A stretch of DNA of 64,000 bases from Candidatus Doudnabacteria bacterium. Lineage in GTDB: Bacteria > Patescibacteriota > Doudnabacteria > UBA920 > VMFF01. Position 1 is the stretch's first letter, and each line of letters starts with the position of its first letter. Both the position numbers and the translations under genes were made by a program. Of the stretch, positions 32,351 to 43,290 are shown one piece after another. The notes under the pieces were generated by a model. It ran no database searches and was not told the DNA's origin. It saw nothing but the letters and a program-made list of their open reading frames with translations. Where the stretch lies: NCBI GenBank assembly GCA_963840645.1, contig CAWIZL010000004.1, positions 87,121 through 151,120 on the forward strand, written 5' to 3'.

Positions 32351-32380
32351 TTGACCTGGCAAAGCAAGCCAGGCTACGAT
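32351..32380 (+). promoter_or_regulatory. sigma70-like promoter (TTGACC, 18 nt, TACGAT) with an embedded perfect 6-bp hairpin (cctggc-aaagcaa-gccagg)
   Basis: Read directly. Drives the orphan gene at 32416. Confidence 0.4.
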
Positions 32381-32415
32381 ACCAGCACGACTTACAAAAC
32401 TAACTTCTGAAACAC

Positions 32416-32772
32416 ATGGAAAAAGTAACACTCAAGGCAATTGGGAATTTGATTGAAAAGAAGCTCGATCAGAGGTTCTCTAAGTTTGAACAGAAACTTG
32501 AGCCCCGCTTCAAGAGAATAGAGGGAACCCTGGATTGGGTCTGTGTTACCGTAGCTGACCTTGTGGTGAGCGTTGGTGAAATAAAAGTAGACCTTGCGGA
32601 TGTGAAAGAGACAGTGCACCACCACAGCACAACCCTCGATTGGTTCGTAAAAAAGTACAAGAACTTTGACGACGAGAGAACAATCGTAAATTACAGAATG
32701 GGAAAGTTTGAGAACACCCTTCGCTACGTTGCCGATGAAAGCAAGATTGATATTGAGGATAAACTAGACTGA
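32416..32772 (+). CDS. hypothetical 118-aa protein (orphan, AT-rich islet)
   Basis: ORF only. Coiled-coil-like. No family recognised. Confidence 0.4.
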   Translation: MEKVTLKAIGNLIEKKLDQRFSKFEQKLEPRFKRIEGTLDWVCVTVADLVVSVGEIKVDLADVKETVHHHSTTLDWFVKKYKNFDDERTIVNYRMGKFENTLRYVADESKIDIEDKLD

Positions 32773-32895
32773 TTGTCTGGAATCTAACCTGTACCGTCTG
32801 AAGCACAGAGAACATTTTGAGCGCATTGCACTTCTGTTTCTTTCGTGAAGCGAAAGCCAAGAAGTGCACTAAGCAAAAAATGTTCTCTTGTGCTT

Positions 32896-34946
32896 CTAGA
32901 TATCCAGGTTTTTAACACTCTTTGCATGGGTTTGAATGAATCGTTTTCTTGGTGCAACCTCATCGCCCATGAGCATCTCAAAAATCTCTGATGCGCGCTC
33001 TGCGTCGTCAATCTTCACCTGGAGCATGATGCGGTTGTTTGGATCCATGGTGGTCTCCCAGAGCTGCTCAGCATTCATTTCGCCGAGGCCTTTGTAGCGC
33101 TGGACCGTGAAGCCCTTGGGCTTACCTGCCTCGTCAACCTCAACTGGAACGCCGTCGCTGTCAACCAAGGCATCAGCGCTGGCTTCAGTTTCAGCCTTGG
33201 CATCTTTCTTAACCTTGCTCGCTGCTTTGCGTTCTTCTTTTTCGGCAAGCAAATCCTTCACCTGCTGGTCGCGCTCTTCATCTGAGAACGCGTACTTGAA
33301 TGTCTTGCCAACCTGCACGCGGAACAGCGGTGGCTGCGCAATATAGAGGTAGCCGCGTCGAATTACCTCTGGGAAGTAGCGGTAGTACAGCGTGAGGAGC
33401 AGCGTACGAATGTGCGCGCCGTCTACGTCAGCATCTGTCATGATGATGAGCCTGTGGTAGCGAACCTTTTCAATGTCGAACTGGTCCCCAACGCCCGCGC
33501 CCATGGCAATGACCAGGTTCTTAATCTGTTCAGAGCCGAGCATGCGGTCTAGGCGCGCTCGCTCGACGTTTAGTATTTTGCCTCGAAGAGGTAAGATTGC
33601 TTGCGTTCTGCGGTCTCTCCCTTGCTTTGCAGTGCCGCCAGCTGAATCGCCCTCTACAATGTAGAGCCGGAAATAGCAGGGTCTTTTTCAGAGCAGTCGG
33701 CGAGCTTGCCTGGAAGCGCCAAGCCCTCAAGGACGCCCTTGCGGATGACAGAATCGCGTGCAGCACGCGCAGCCAAACGAGCCTTTGACGCCAAGATAAC
33801 CTTCTCTAAAATTTTGCCAGCATCGCCAGGGTGCTCTTCTAAGTACGCGCTCAGCATTTCGCTGACCACAGATTCAACAGCAGTGCGCACCTCTGGGTTT
33901 CCAAGTTTTGCCTTTGTCTGGCCTTCAAACTGTGGGTTCTGCAGCTTCACAGAAATAATCGCAGTCAAACCTTCACGCATGTCTTCGCCAGTGAGCTTGT
34001 CAGACTCTTTGACGTAGCCGTTCTTGGTGGCGTACGAGTTGATGCACCTCGTGAGCGCAGTGCGGAAGCCCGTGACGTGCATGCCACCCTCTGGATTGTA
34101 CTCGTTGTTTGCGTACGCCAAGACAACCTCATCGAAGTCTTCTGTGTACTGGATCGCAACCTCTACCATAATGTCGTCAATGATTTTGGTCATGTAGACA
34201 GGCTCTGTCTTCACCTTCTTCTTGCGGTTTACCTGCTTGATGTACGACACGACGCCACCTTCAAAATAGTACTGGTAGCTGACGCCCACTCGCTCGTCGG
34301 TAATTTTAAAGTGCAGGCCCTTTGTGAGGTACGCCTGCGAGCGAAGGTGCTCTATGATTGTCTTCAGCTTGAACTCTGTTGCGCTGAAGATGCTCGCGTC
34401 TGGGTAGAACGTGATTGTGGTGCCGTGCTTGATGGGGTCTTTCGCAGGAATGCTGCCAATCTCCTTAACCTTGCCCTGCGGCACGCCAATTTTGTACGAC
34501 TGCGAGTAAATTTTACCATCGCGCTTAATTCTGGCCTCGAGGTCTGTTGAGAGCGCATTCACAACAGAAACACCCACACCGTGCAGTCCGCCAGAAACTT
34601 TGTAGCCAGATGCATCGCCGCCAAACTTCCCGCCAGCGTGCAAGACCGTGAGCACTGTCTCGAGCGCAGACTTCTTTGTCTGCTTGTGCACGTCAACTGG
34701 AATGCCGCGCCCGTTGTCTACCACGGTGACGCCGCCGTCTTTCTGGATGGCAACCTCAATGAGGTTTGCGTGTCCTGCCATTGCCTCGTCAACAGAGTTG
34801 TCGACAACTTCCCACACCAAGTGGTGCAGGCCAGTTTCGCCCGTTGAGCCAATGTACATGCCTGGGCGCTTGCGGACAGGCTCTAGGCCTTCGAGGACGG
34901 TGATATTTTCAGATGTATAGTTTGAATTTGGCATGTGTTTCCTCAA
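32896..34946 (-). CDS. gyrB: DNA gyrase subunit B; two frameshifts between about 33540 and 33660
   Basis: N-terminal ATPase/transducer in ORF 33654..34946 ([16 protein letters not shown]...[15 protein letters not shown]). TOPRIM/C-terminal in ORF 32896..33543 ([18 protein letters not shown]...). Confidence 0.85.
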
Positions 34947-36073
34947 CGCAGTTCAGCGTTATAAATTTCTTTGGTTTGCTGGTACAGCGCACTCTGCAGC
35001 GGCTCAACCTCTTCAGACTTGAGCGTCCGCTCTGGGCTGCGGTACACCACCCGGTAGGTGTAGCTGGTTTTACCTTTGCCGAACTTAGCCTCGTTCTCGT
35101 ACTTGTCCAGCAGCTCAACCTGCTCTACCAAGTCTTGGCCGATGTCTCTGATTAGGTCAAAGTAGTCGTTTGGCGAAAAGCCGCTATCAACGATGAAGGA
35201 AATATCTCGGATGACGGGAGGGTACTTGCTGACCTCAACAAATTTTTGCCCCAGGTGCAGCTGCTTGGTCACCCTCGGGTCGCTCGACCACAGGAGCCGT
35301 ATGTCAGGCAGCGACATGGATGCAATGGCTAGCCGTTCTAGGCCAAAGCCGAATGCCCAGCCGTGGTAGCCCTCGACACCCAGGTTGCTCAGGACGGACT
35401 TCCTGACCATGCCCGATCCTAGCATTTCTATCCACTGTCCATTTATCTCTGCCTCCATTTCAAAACTGGGGTCTGTGTACGGGAAGTTGTGGTCGTAGAA
35501 GCGAAACTTCACATCGCCAAAAATGCTGCGGGCAATTTCGGACAAGCCGCTCTTTAGGTCATCTGGCGTTATGGTTTGCTTTCCATCAGGTGCAATGTAC
35601 AGTCCTCCGAACTGGTGGAAGACGTTCATGTGCCTCCTGTCGATTTCGTCTTTGCGGTAAACCTTGCCGTAGCAGATTGCGCCCAAAGTTTCCTTGCGTG
35701 CAATTCTCTCTCGAACCGATGGATCGTTGAGGTAGTAGTACCAAAAGACAGTGTCGTGTGTTCGCAGGACGTGGTCCTCGTCAACGTAGTACGTGTCAGA
35801 CTTGCTGCGTGCAGGGTGTCCTTCTGGCATGTTGAAAAGGTCAAACAGAACGTGGGTTGAGAGGATCTCGGGAATATCTATAACGTCAAAACCTTTCAGG
35901 CTGCTCACCTGCGAGGCTCGGTCAATAATTTCTTTCAGTGGGCTTCCCTGTTTCCTGGAGAGATCGGGCAGGCTCAAGTAGCGCCTGATCCGCAAAGCCT
36001 CAGCGTCTGTTCGTGCGTTAACCTGGTCTTTCAGTCTAGCTTCTTCAGCCTTATCAACGGTGATTTCGCTCAT
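34943..36073 (-). CDS. pheS: phenylalanyl-tRNA synthetase alpha subunit
   Basis: FNMPEGHPARSKSDTYY, FGFGLERLAI motifs. Confidence 0.85.
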   Translation of the reverse strand: MSEITVDKAEEARLKDQVNARTDAEALRIRRYLSLPDLSRKQGSPLKEIIDRASQVSSLKGFDVIDIPEILSTHVLFDLFNMPEGHPARSKSDTYYVDEDHVLRTHDTVFWYYYLNDPSVRERIARKETLGAICYGKVYRKDEIDRRHMNVFHQFGGLYIAPDGKQTITPDDLKSGLSEIARSIFGDVKFRFYDHNFPYTDPSFEMEAEINGQWIEMLGSGMVRKSVLSNLGVEGYHGWAFGFGLERLAIASMSLPDIRLLWSSDPRVTKQLHLGQKFVEVSKYPPVIRDISFIVDSGFSPNDYFDLIRDIGQDLVEQVELLDKYENEAKFGKGKTSYTYRVVYRSPERTLKSEEVEPLQSALYQQTKEIYNAELR

Positions 36074-36086
36074 GGTTTACCCTACC

Positions 36087-36467
36087 TTATTCTACCATTT
36101 CTGCTTCAAACTGGCTACCAGGTTTTGCCTCATGTTTCAGGAGCATAATTCCCTCTCCAGGCTCTTCTGCCAGGCCAAGTTCAAAGGCAGCGCAGATCAT
36201 GCCCTGAGATTCAATGCCCCTAATTTTTGCCGTGCCTAGGGTAAAGCTCTCGTGTGCCTCAGAGTGTACATTGTGGAGAATTGCAGCACCTGGTAGAGCC
36301 AAGGCTACGATGTCCCCGACCTCAAAGTTTGAGGCACCGCAGACTACGGGCGAAATAGTGCTGCCCCCAACTGCAAGGGATACTAGCCTGAGCCTGTCGG
36401 CGTTCGGGTGCTTCTCGATTGAGGTTACGAGTGCAGCGACAATGCCGGTGAACTCGGGTGTGTTCAT
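36087..36467 (-). CDS. stand-alone tRNA-binding OB-fold protein (CsaA/Trbp111/PheT-N-like)
   Basis: KHPNADRLRLVSLAVGG...VCGASNFEVGDIVALALPGA...IRGIESQGMICAAFELGL. Confidence 0.6.
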   Translation of the reverse strand: MNTPEFTGIVAALVTSIEKHPNADRLRLVSLAVGGSTISPVVCGASNFEVGDIVALALPGAAILHNVHSEAHESFTLGTAKIRGIESQGMICAAFELGLAEEPGEGIMLLKHEAKPGSQFEAEMVE

Positions 36468-36488
36468 GGTTCTACTATGGCGTACTGG

Positions 36489-37287
36489 TTACAGTGGGCG
36501 TTGCACCAGTTGGCGTTGGTGATGGCACGTAGTTTGTGTAGAACAAAATTGTGGCTGGCTCAGGGTTGCCGTTGTTGGAGAGTGCAGCCCGTACTGCTTG
36601 ATGTTCGCCGCGATCTGCGTGAGCTGGGCTGGCGTGAACGGCTGTCCCGTGTGGGAATCGTAGTGATTGTTCAAGTCTTGGACATCAGTGTACGTTGGGC
36701 TGCCGCCAGTGTGGCAATCTGTGATGTCCAGGTTGAAGACGTGGACAACGTCGCCGTTCGCCAAGCCGCAGCCATCATCAGCTGGGTTGTTGGGGTCAAC
36801 CTTCAGGTTGTACGCCTCCAGGTTCGTGAGGCCAGACTGCGATGGGTCTGCTGAATGGGCCACACACGTTTTGGTTCGTGCAGGTCGCAGTGCCAAAGTA
36901 CTTGGTGAGCCACGCGGCTGGAATTTGAGGTGGCACAGGGGTAGCAGACGGCGTTGGCGTTGCCTGCGTTGTGCCTGTCTGTTGCTGGGTAGTGGCAACA
37001 GGTTGAGGTGCCGTACCCTTGAAGAATTTCGCGTACGCAAAGTAGCCTGCGCCTGCTAGCACAACTATGAGGACAGCTACGATTGCTACCATCTTCGTTG
37101 AAAACCGACGGGTGCTGCCGCTGCTTCCAGAGCCGCTGTCGACCGGGAAAGACAGGACTGGCGCACTGCTCTGGACTTGAGACCCGTCTCCACGTGGCAT
37201 TGTGGCGAATACCACCTGCTCTTGTGCTGGAGCGGGCTGGGCTGTTTTTGGTGCCTCAGGGCTAACCGGACTTGTTGCTGGATCCAT
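36489..37287 (-). CDS. membrane-anchored extracellular protein with Pro/Thr-rich linker; one frameshift near 36800-37040
   Basis: ORFs 36796..37287 (TM MVAIVAVLIVVLAGAGYFAY, PT-rich) and 36489..37040 (C-terminal domain). Confidence 0.35.
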
Positions 37288-37317
37288 GTTATTTATTTTA
37301 CTTATTTTAAAAATCTT

Positions 37318-37689
37318 TCAAACGAGGAAGAACATTTCAACGAGGGTGAGCGTCACGATGAACGACAGCTCCACCCACCAAAACAGCACCTGCTTGGCTG
37401 AAAGTGCCAGTGATCCAGCGATGAGCAACGACACCAGGAAGGCTTCGCGCACTGACACTGACATTCTGTCTACGTGCAGCACGTTCTCGCCTCCGAGCGA
37501 GCGCAGTCCGTAGAAGACGAGCGTGAAAAGGCTAGTTGCAGCGCAGCACAGCGAGGTGTAGAACAGCCCGAACGTCAGTATTGACGCTGAAAACGGATCG
37601 CTGAATTCAATGATGAGGCCAGTGCAGAGTGCAAAAAGTACGCTCACGACTGCCACCCAAACGAGCTGTTGCTTTACTTGCTGTACCAT
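37318..37689 (-). CDS. 4-TM membrane protein, hypothetical
   Basis: ORF with hydrophobic helices. Confidence 0.35.
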   Translation of the reverse strand: MVQQVKQQLVWVAVVSVLFALCTGLIIEFSDPFSASILTFGLFYTSLCCAATSLFTLVFYGLRSLGGENVLHVDRMSVSVREAFLVSLLIAGSLALSAKQVLFWWVELSFIVTLTLVEMFFLV

Positions 37690-37750
37690 AGGAATGCTAG
37701 AAAAGTGCTAAGCTATTTTACCACACTCGGCGTAGGTGCTCCAAATGCCG

Positions 37751-40711
37751 CTACTCTAAATCTTGGAACTTGCACCTGTGCTCTGGCCGGAGGTCATCGA
37801 GTTGGTGGAACGTGTTGTTCGCCGCTGCAGCGCGGATTTCTTCAATGGTTTCTAAGATGCCAGCTTTCAGCGCTTCAATTTCATCTGGCGTGCCGATGAA
37901 TGGCGCTGTCTGCTCATCGGGCACGAGGAACCAGTACGACAGGCCGCCAACTCGGTCGTGCAGGAACTGCTCTGCGGCCCACTGGTAAATGAGGAGTTGC
38001 GTGCGATCGTCCTTTTTCTTTTCTGGCTTCAGGACAGTGTCCCCTGTCTTGTAGTCTGTGATGTAGAGCAGGCCATCCTTGGCTAGCTCTGCCCTGTCAA
38101 TCTTACCCACGAACTTGTAGGCAGCAAGCTGGAGCGTGAACTTTTCCTCGATGTACTTTGGAACCAGCGGGTTTGCCGTAAAACGAGCGTAGAACTTCTT
38201 GAGAATTTCACGTCCTCGCTCACGGTACTCTTGCTTCTGCTCCTTGTCTTCGTACCACTCGTCAACCCAGCTGCGCTCGTAAATTTCCAGCAGCTCTTTC
38301 TGCGTTGGCAGCTCACCCTTCGCTCTTTCTGACCCAAACAGGTCGAGCTGGTGTAGGTCCAGGCTCGCTCGGTACTTGCCCAAGAACACCTCGAGCGTCT
38401 TGTGGATTGTCTGGCCAAACGACAGGTACGCATTGCCCGGCATTGGCAGCTGCAAGAGGTAGCGGTACTTGTAGCTCATTGGGCAGCGGCGGAAGTCTGA
38501 AATTTGGGTGTACGAGAAGACGTTTGGCAAGAACATGCTCGGGTCGTACGTATGGGCAATGGCATTTTCTTTTCGAACCACCTCAGTGCTCTTCTCTGGC
38601 TTTGCCACGAGGCCAATGTCAACCAAGAACTGCGATGGCTTTCGCGTGCGCGCACCGCCGTAGTCGGCAGCGTACGAAAAGAACAAGCCATGCTTTGCGC
38701 GCGTTGCAGCAACGTAGAACAGGCGGCGCTCTTCTTGCAGGTGCACGTCAATGTCTCCGTCTGGGATTTTTTCTTTCACCAGTGCCCCAGGAACTTCAAT
38801 TGCATCTGCCCGTCCAATGCTGGGAAAACGCAGGTGCACCATGCCAACAATGAACACGTACTTGAACTCAAGGCCTTTTGCGGCGTGCACTGTCATAATT
38901 TTCACAGACTCTGGACCATTGTTCGGGTCAAACGCGAGCTTGCCCTCTTCGCCAGACTGCTGCTCAAAGTCGAGCGCGTCTAGGAATGCCGCTGCGCTCT
39001 TGTCGTCGCTGCTAGCTTCAAAGGACTCAATTTTTTTGTAGAACTGGTTGAGCACGTCGCGATCGCCTACGTTTTCGATTGTGTTCTCGTCTATGCGGTC
39101 TGCGATTTTCAGGTCGCGGACAACCTGGATGAACAGCTCCACAATTGTGTGCGACTGGGCAAGCGTGCTGTGCGTGCCAATGAGGCTGAGCAACTCTTGG
39201 ATCTTTGTAAGGCTCACAGGTGAAATACTTGGAATGGTTGCGGCCAAGCCCATGCTCTCGTAGAGCGATAGCGTTTTGCGCTTGCCAAAGCTCGTGATGG
39301 CAACGAGGTCGCCGTGGCTGATGCGGAACGTTTCTGTGTTGAGGACGCGGTAGAGCGCTGCGCTGTCGTCGTGGCGGAGCAGCACGTTCAGGTAGGCCAA
39401 GATATCGAGAATAATAGGCTTCTTGTACAGGCCGCGGTTGGCAACGTACGTGTACGGCACGTCTATTGATGAGAGCTTTGCCACGAACGGGTCTGCCTGG
39501 TCATTGGCACGCACGAGAATTGCAAAGTCGTTCCACGTTGCGTCAGGGTCATCCTGCTGCAGCTCGATAATTTTCTTTGTGACGAGGTCAACCTCATCGC
39601 TGCCAGTGTGGCCAGCGAGCACGGCGATTTCGCCTTTGCCGGCAATGTTTGCCTTCAGGTTTTTATCTACCTTGAGCGTTGACTCAAGGCGCTGCGGGTT
39701 GTTTGCCTGGATGAAGCTGTACGCGAGGTCTAGAATTGGTTGCACGCTGCGGTAGTTCTGGTTCAGTGTAATTTCTTTTGACGTTGGGTAGTCGCGTTTG
39801 AACTGGAGGATGTTGGAAATGGATGCGCCGCGGAACTTGTAGATGCTCTGGTCATCGTCGCCAACAACGTTGAGGTTGTTCTTTGGCGCTGCGAGCATTT
39901 TGACCAGTTCGTACTGTGCAAAGTTTGTGTCTTGGAACTCGTCTACCAAAATTGATCTGAACTTACGCTGGTAGAGTTTGAGGATTGCTGGCCGCGTGCG
40001 GAACAGGTGCAGCGTTGCGTTGATGAGAGAGCCGAAATCCAGTGCACCTTCTTCTTGCAGAAGTTTTTCGTACACGTGGTATGCGTTCGCCACTTCGCCT
40101 ACACGCTGAATTTCTGCTGCGTCTGTTTCCTCGTCAGCCTTCACAAAGTCTGGATTGCCGGCATCCAGCTTGATTTTTTCCGCGTAGGCAACGTACTCTG
40201 CTGGCGTAATTTCCTCGTCTTTCAGCTTGCTGAAGTGCTTCACCAGCTCGCCAATGAACTTTGTCGGGTTGCCGAGTGGCGCGTAGTAGTCGAGGCTGAA
40301 CTTGTCGAGGTTGCGGCGAATTAAAATCTTTTGTTGGGTGGTGTCGAGCAGGCGAAAATCATTTGGAATGCCAATGTCTATGGCGTGCTGGCGCAGTATT
40401 CGCTCGCAGAACGCGTGGAACGTGGAAACCCACAGATCGTTGTAGCCGTAGGGCAACAGCACGTCAACGCGTTCCTCCATTTCTGTGGAGGCTTTCTCTG
40501 TGAACGTGAGGGCAAGTATTTCGCTCGGCTTAATCCCCTTGCTCACCAGGTACGCAATGCGCCGCGTGATGGCAGTTGTCTTGCCAGTGCCAGCACCTGC
40601 GACTATTAGCAGAGGTCCATCGCCAAACGTGACAGCTGCGAGCTGCTCTGTATTTAAATTCTCCAGTAAAGGATTGTCAGCCTGTTTTTTTTCAGCTTCT
40701 TTTTTAGGCAT
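37751..40711 (-). CDS. UvrD/PcrA-type SF1 DNA helicase fused to a C-terminal PD-(D/E)XK (RecB/Cas4-like, Cys-cluster) nuclease domain (AddA-like)
   Basis: IVAGAGTGKTTAITRRIAYL (Walker A). Helicase motifs throughout. C-terminal YTQISDFRRCPMSYKYRYL...ITDYKTGD...EHRCKFQDL. Confidence 0.75.
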   Translation of the reverse strand: MPKKEAEKKQADNPLLENLNTEQLAAVTFGDGPLLIVAGAGTGKTTAITRRIAYLVSKGIKPSEILALTFTEKASTEMEERVDVLLPYGYNDLWVSTFHAFCERILRQHAIDIGIPNDFRLLDTTQQKILIRRNLDKFSLDYYAPLGNPTKFIGELVKHFSKLKDEEITPAEYVAYAEKIKLDAGNPDFVKADEETDAAEIQRVGEVANAYHVYEKLLQEEGALDFGSLINATLHLFRTRPAILKLYQRKFRSILVDEFQDTNFAQYELVKMLAAPKNNLNVVGDDDQSIYKFRGASISNILQFKRDYPTSKEITLNQNYRSVQPILDLAYSFIQANNPQRLESTLKVDKNLKANIAGKGEIAVLAGHTGSDEVDLVTKKIIELQQDDPDATWNDFAILVRANDQADPFVAKLSSIDVPYTYVANRGLYKKPIILDILAYLNVLLRHDDSAALYRVLNTETFRISHGDLVAITSFGKRKTLSLYESMGLAATIPSISPVSLTKIQELLSLIGTHSTLAQSHTIVELFIQVVRDLKIADRIDENTIENVGDRDVLNQFYKKIESFEASSDDKSAAAFLDALDFEQQSGEEGKLAFDPNNGPESVKIMTVHAAKGLEFKYVFIVGMVHLRFPSIGRADAIEVPGALVKEKIPDGDIDVHLQEERRLFYVAATRAKHGLFFSYAADYGGARTRKPSQFLVDIGLVAKPEKSTEVVRKENAIAHTYDPSMFLPNVFSYTQISDFRRCPMSYKYRYLLQLPMPGNAYLSFGQTIHKTLEVFLGKYRASLDLHQLDLFGSERAKGELPTQKELLEIYERSWVDEWYEDKEQKQEYRERGREILKKFYARFTANPLVPKYIEEKFTLQLAAYKFVGKIDRAELAKDGLLYITDYKTGDTVLKPEKKKDDRTQLLIYQWAAEQFLHDRVGGLSYWFLVPDEQTAPFIGTPDEIEALKAGILETIEEIRAAAANNTFHQLDDLRPEHRCKFQDLE

Positions 40712-40783
40712 AGTAGTTAGTATAAGTATACAGTAGCTAGGATTGGTAGCCTATACTAACTATTTATACTGTATACTTGCCCC

Positions 40784-41252
40784 TACTGCATTAGGAACTT
40801 CACCCACTTTGCCCAAGCGTCTTCGCCAGTCCCCTCCTCGTAGATTTTCCAGAACTCGATTGGCTGAACAATGCGCACGCCTTGGAAGGGTCCAGTTCTA
40901 AGAGCGCTGCATCTCCTGTCACCAGGTAGTCTGCGCCAGCAACAACAGCTGACTCCAAAATTTTATTGTCTTCTGTATCTGACACGGCATGGATTCTGTG
41001 CGGGTTGCTAACTGGCTGGAGTTGGCTGAAAAACTTGTCGAGCACAGCCCGGTACTCTCTGTCGGTGATGAGCCTGTCCATGATGAGGCGGTTCTCGCGC
41101 ATGGTCTGGTTGTTGGCAAACGCCTCAACACTGCCGTTGATGACCTCTTGGATGATGCGCCACTGGTACGAGTACTCGTCTTTGAACCCATCAATTAGAA
41201 CGTTCGTGTCTAGGACTACTTTCATTTGGTAATTATCGCACAAAAAAGGCAC
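40784..41252 (-). CDS. PIN-domain protein (TIGR00305 / PIN_3 putative toxin family); frameshift near 40855
   Basis: KVVLDTNVLIDG...AVSDTEDNKILESAVVAGADYLVTGDAALLEL. C-terminal PFQGVRIVQPIEFWKIY is in an alternate frame. Confidence 0.6.
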
Positions 41253-41281
41253 GGCCGCTACAAACGTAGCGTACCCGTGCC
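41241..41281 (-). terminator. nested-hairpin intrinsic terminator (ggcacgg...ccgtgcc followed by a T-tract on minus)
   Basis: Read directly. Separates the 41330 ORF from the PIN gene. Confidence 0.55.
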
Positions 41282-41329
41282 TATGCCCTCAAATAACCAC
41301 GATCCATTGTCCAGCAATCCTCCTGTCTG

Positions 41330-41533
41330 CTACCGTGAGCCTGTCGAGCCTTCGAGCCTGTTAATGCGACGCTGCGCGTCCTCGATGCTCAACTTGAACC
41401 TTCTGCTGACTACGGTGTCTGCGTAGAACGATTCTCCTGTTCTGCTGTTGTGGTAGTTGTTCGCTCGCTCAGTGAGACACTTGAGCGTAACTTCGTCTTC
41501 AGGCGCCACTTCTGGCATACAACCTCCTTTCAC
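41330..41533 (-). CDS. hypothetical 67-aa protein downstream of the NYN gene
   Basis: ORF only. Confidence 0.3.
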   Translation of the reverse strand: MKGGCMPEVAPEDEVTLKCLTERANNYHNSRTGESFYADTVVSRRFKLSIEDAQRRINRLEGSTGSR

Positions 41534-41575
41534 ACCTTTTAAAAACGGCTCCGCAACGCGCAGAGCCGTAGAGCA

Positions 41576-42208
41576 TCATTTTGAGCTTTCGTCTTCGTCT
41601 CCAAATCCGCCGCCGTGGATGCTCACTCGCTTTACGTTTTCCCCTTTTTCAGTGCCAGTCTTTGCCGTTGGCGCACTGTCACTAAAAATTGCAAAGCCCT
41701 TGCCCTTGATTGGCATAAGGAACTTCTTCACGTTTGCATCTATGTCTACAAAATCATCGCACACCTCGCGCAGCTTGCCTGATGTGCTCTTGCCGAACGA
41801 GCACACTTCCACAATGATGCCGTTCGCCTTGAGGTACTCAACGAGCGGCACGTAATCGCCGTCGCCAGCGCACAGAACAATTGCATCAATGCGTGGCATC
41901 AACCGCACTGCATCAATGGCAATACCAACATCCCAGTCGCCTTTCTGGCTGCCGCCGGCAAACGTTTGGAGATCTTTCATGCGTAGCTCAAAGCCTGCTT
42001 TGCCGAGAGCGTCAAAGAACGTGTGCTCTTCTGGCATGTCTGCGCGGATGACGTACGCCAGCGCGCGAACGAGCTGTCGATCGCCAACAGCTGCCTTAAG
42101 TATTTCGTTAAAGTTTACGCGTGAGTTGTAAATGTTGCGGGCAGAGTAGTAGAGGTTTTGGACATCTACGAGCACTGCCACGCGCTGCGCACTGTTTCGA
42201 ATTGCCAT
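41576..42208 (-). CDS. NYN-domain (LabA-like) protein
   Basis: VAVLVDVQNLYYSAR...DAIVLCAGDGDYVPLVEYLKANGIIVEV. Confidence 0.65.
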   Translation of the reverse strand: MAIRNSAQRVAVLVDVQNLYYSARNIYNSRVNFNEILKAAVGDRQLVRALAYVIRADMPEEHTFFDALGKAGFELRMKDLQTFAGGSQKGDWDVGIAIDAVRLMPRIDAIVLCAGDGDYVPLVEYLKANGIIVEVCSFGKSTSGKLREVCDDFVDIDANVKKFLMPIKGKGFAIFSDSAPTAKTGTEKGENVKRVSIHGGGFGDEDESSK

Positions 42209-42219
42209 GTATGTAAAAG

Positions 42220-43260
42220 TTAATTTTCTTCGTCTAAAATTTTTGCTGGAGCAATTACCTCAGCGGTACTGGGCTGCTTCTCAATGCGCAGCTGTGCAAC
42301 CTCATCTATTTTACCATGGATGCGGTCGTACTGAGAACCAACGATCTCCATTGCCTGCTTTGCGTTAGTAATGTGCTTTGAGAGGACGCCAAGGTTGCCG
42401 GTGAGCTTGTCAGAGTCTTGGCGCAGGCCGATGATGACTTGAAGAATGTGCTCTGCCTGCTCGTTCACCCGCTCGCGCTGAAGGCCAATGAGCAAAACCT
42501 GCAAGAAGTAGTAGAACGTTGATGGCGACACAATGTGCACGTGCTTCGTGCGCGCGTACTCGTAAATTTCCACGTCATCAGAAATTTCGTTGAATACGCC
42601 GTCAGCTGGCACGTACATGAGTGCAAAGTCAAACGTCTTCTCTGCCTGCACAATGTACTTTTTGGCAATCTCGTCTATACGCTTCTTGATGTCTTTGGTA
42701 AACAGCTTGCGTGCTGCATCGCGTAGCTCCTCTGACTCGGCGTTAATGTACGCGCGGTAGTTCTCCATGGTGAACTTTGAGTCCATTGCAAGGATGCGGT
42801 CACCGACCTTCACAATTGAATCTACAATTTCACCTGAACGGAAGCGGTACTGCAGCGAGTACATGTGCGGCGGCAGTGACTGGCGCAGCATTTCTTCCAT
42901 AATCTGCTCGCCAATTGTGCCGCGCTTCTTTGCTGAGAGCAAGAAGTCTTGGACGTACGACAGTGACTTGCCTATTTGCTGAACCTGGCCGAGCTTTCTG
43001 TTCACAGACATGAGGGCTTGGGCAGCTTTGTCTAAGCGCTCGTTGATGTTGACGTTTGTCTTGTCTATGTTCTTCTGAATTTCAACGCGGTTCTGGTCTG
43101 TAGATACCTTAATTTCCTTCATCCACTCAACCATCACTTTGAGCGCCTGGCTTTCATCTTCAGGCTTGTTCTGCATTTTGCGTATCTGCGCAAGGTAAAA
43201 AAGGATGGCAATTACGCCAACAATGAGGATAACGACGAGAACAATTAGGAGTGACTGCAT
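42220..43260 (-). CDS. rmuC: DNA recombination protein RmuC
   Basis: N-terminal TM. Coiled coil. ...FDFALMYVPADGVFNEI... RmuC C-terminal domain. Confidence 0.7.
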   Translation of the reverse strand: MQSLLIVLVVILIVGVIAILFYLAQIRKMQNKPEDESQALKVMVEWMKEIKVSTDQNRVEIQKNIDKTNVNINERLDKAAQALMSVNRKLGQVQQIGKSLSYVQDFLLSAKKRGTIGEQIMEEMLRQSLPPHMYSLQYRFRSGEIVDSIVKVGDRILAMDSKFTMENYRAYINAESEELRDAARKLFTKDIKKRIDEIAKKYIVQAEKTFDFALMYVPADGVFNEISDDVEIYEYARTKHVHIVSPSTFYYFLQVLLIGLQRERVNEQAEHILQVIIGLRQDSDKLTGNLGVLSKHITNAKQAMEIVGSQYDRIHGKIDEVAQLRIEKQPSTAEVIAPAKILDEEN

Positions 43261-43290
43261 AGGTACATTGTAGCACACAAGGTGCACTAC

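Noticed and set aside
32183-32415. Expected tRNA-Trp upstream of secE
   Set aside because: No cloverleaf-compatible sequence is present. There are only an A/T-flanked hairpin and the promoter for the orphan plus-strand gene.
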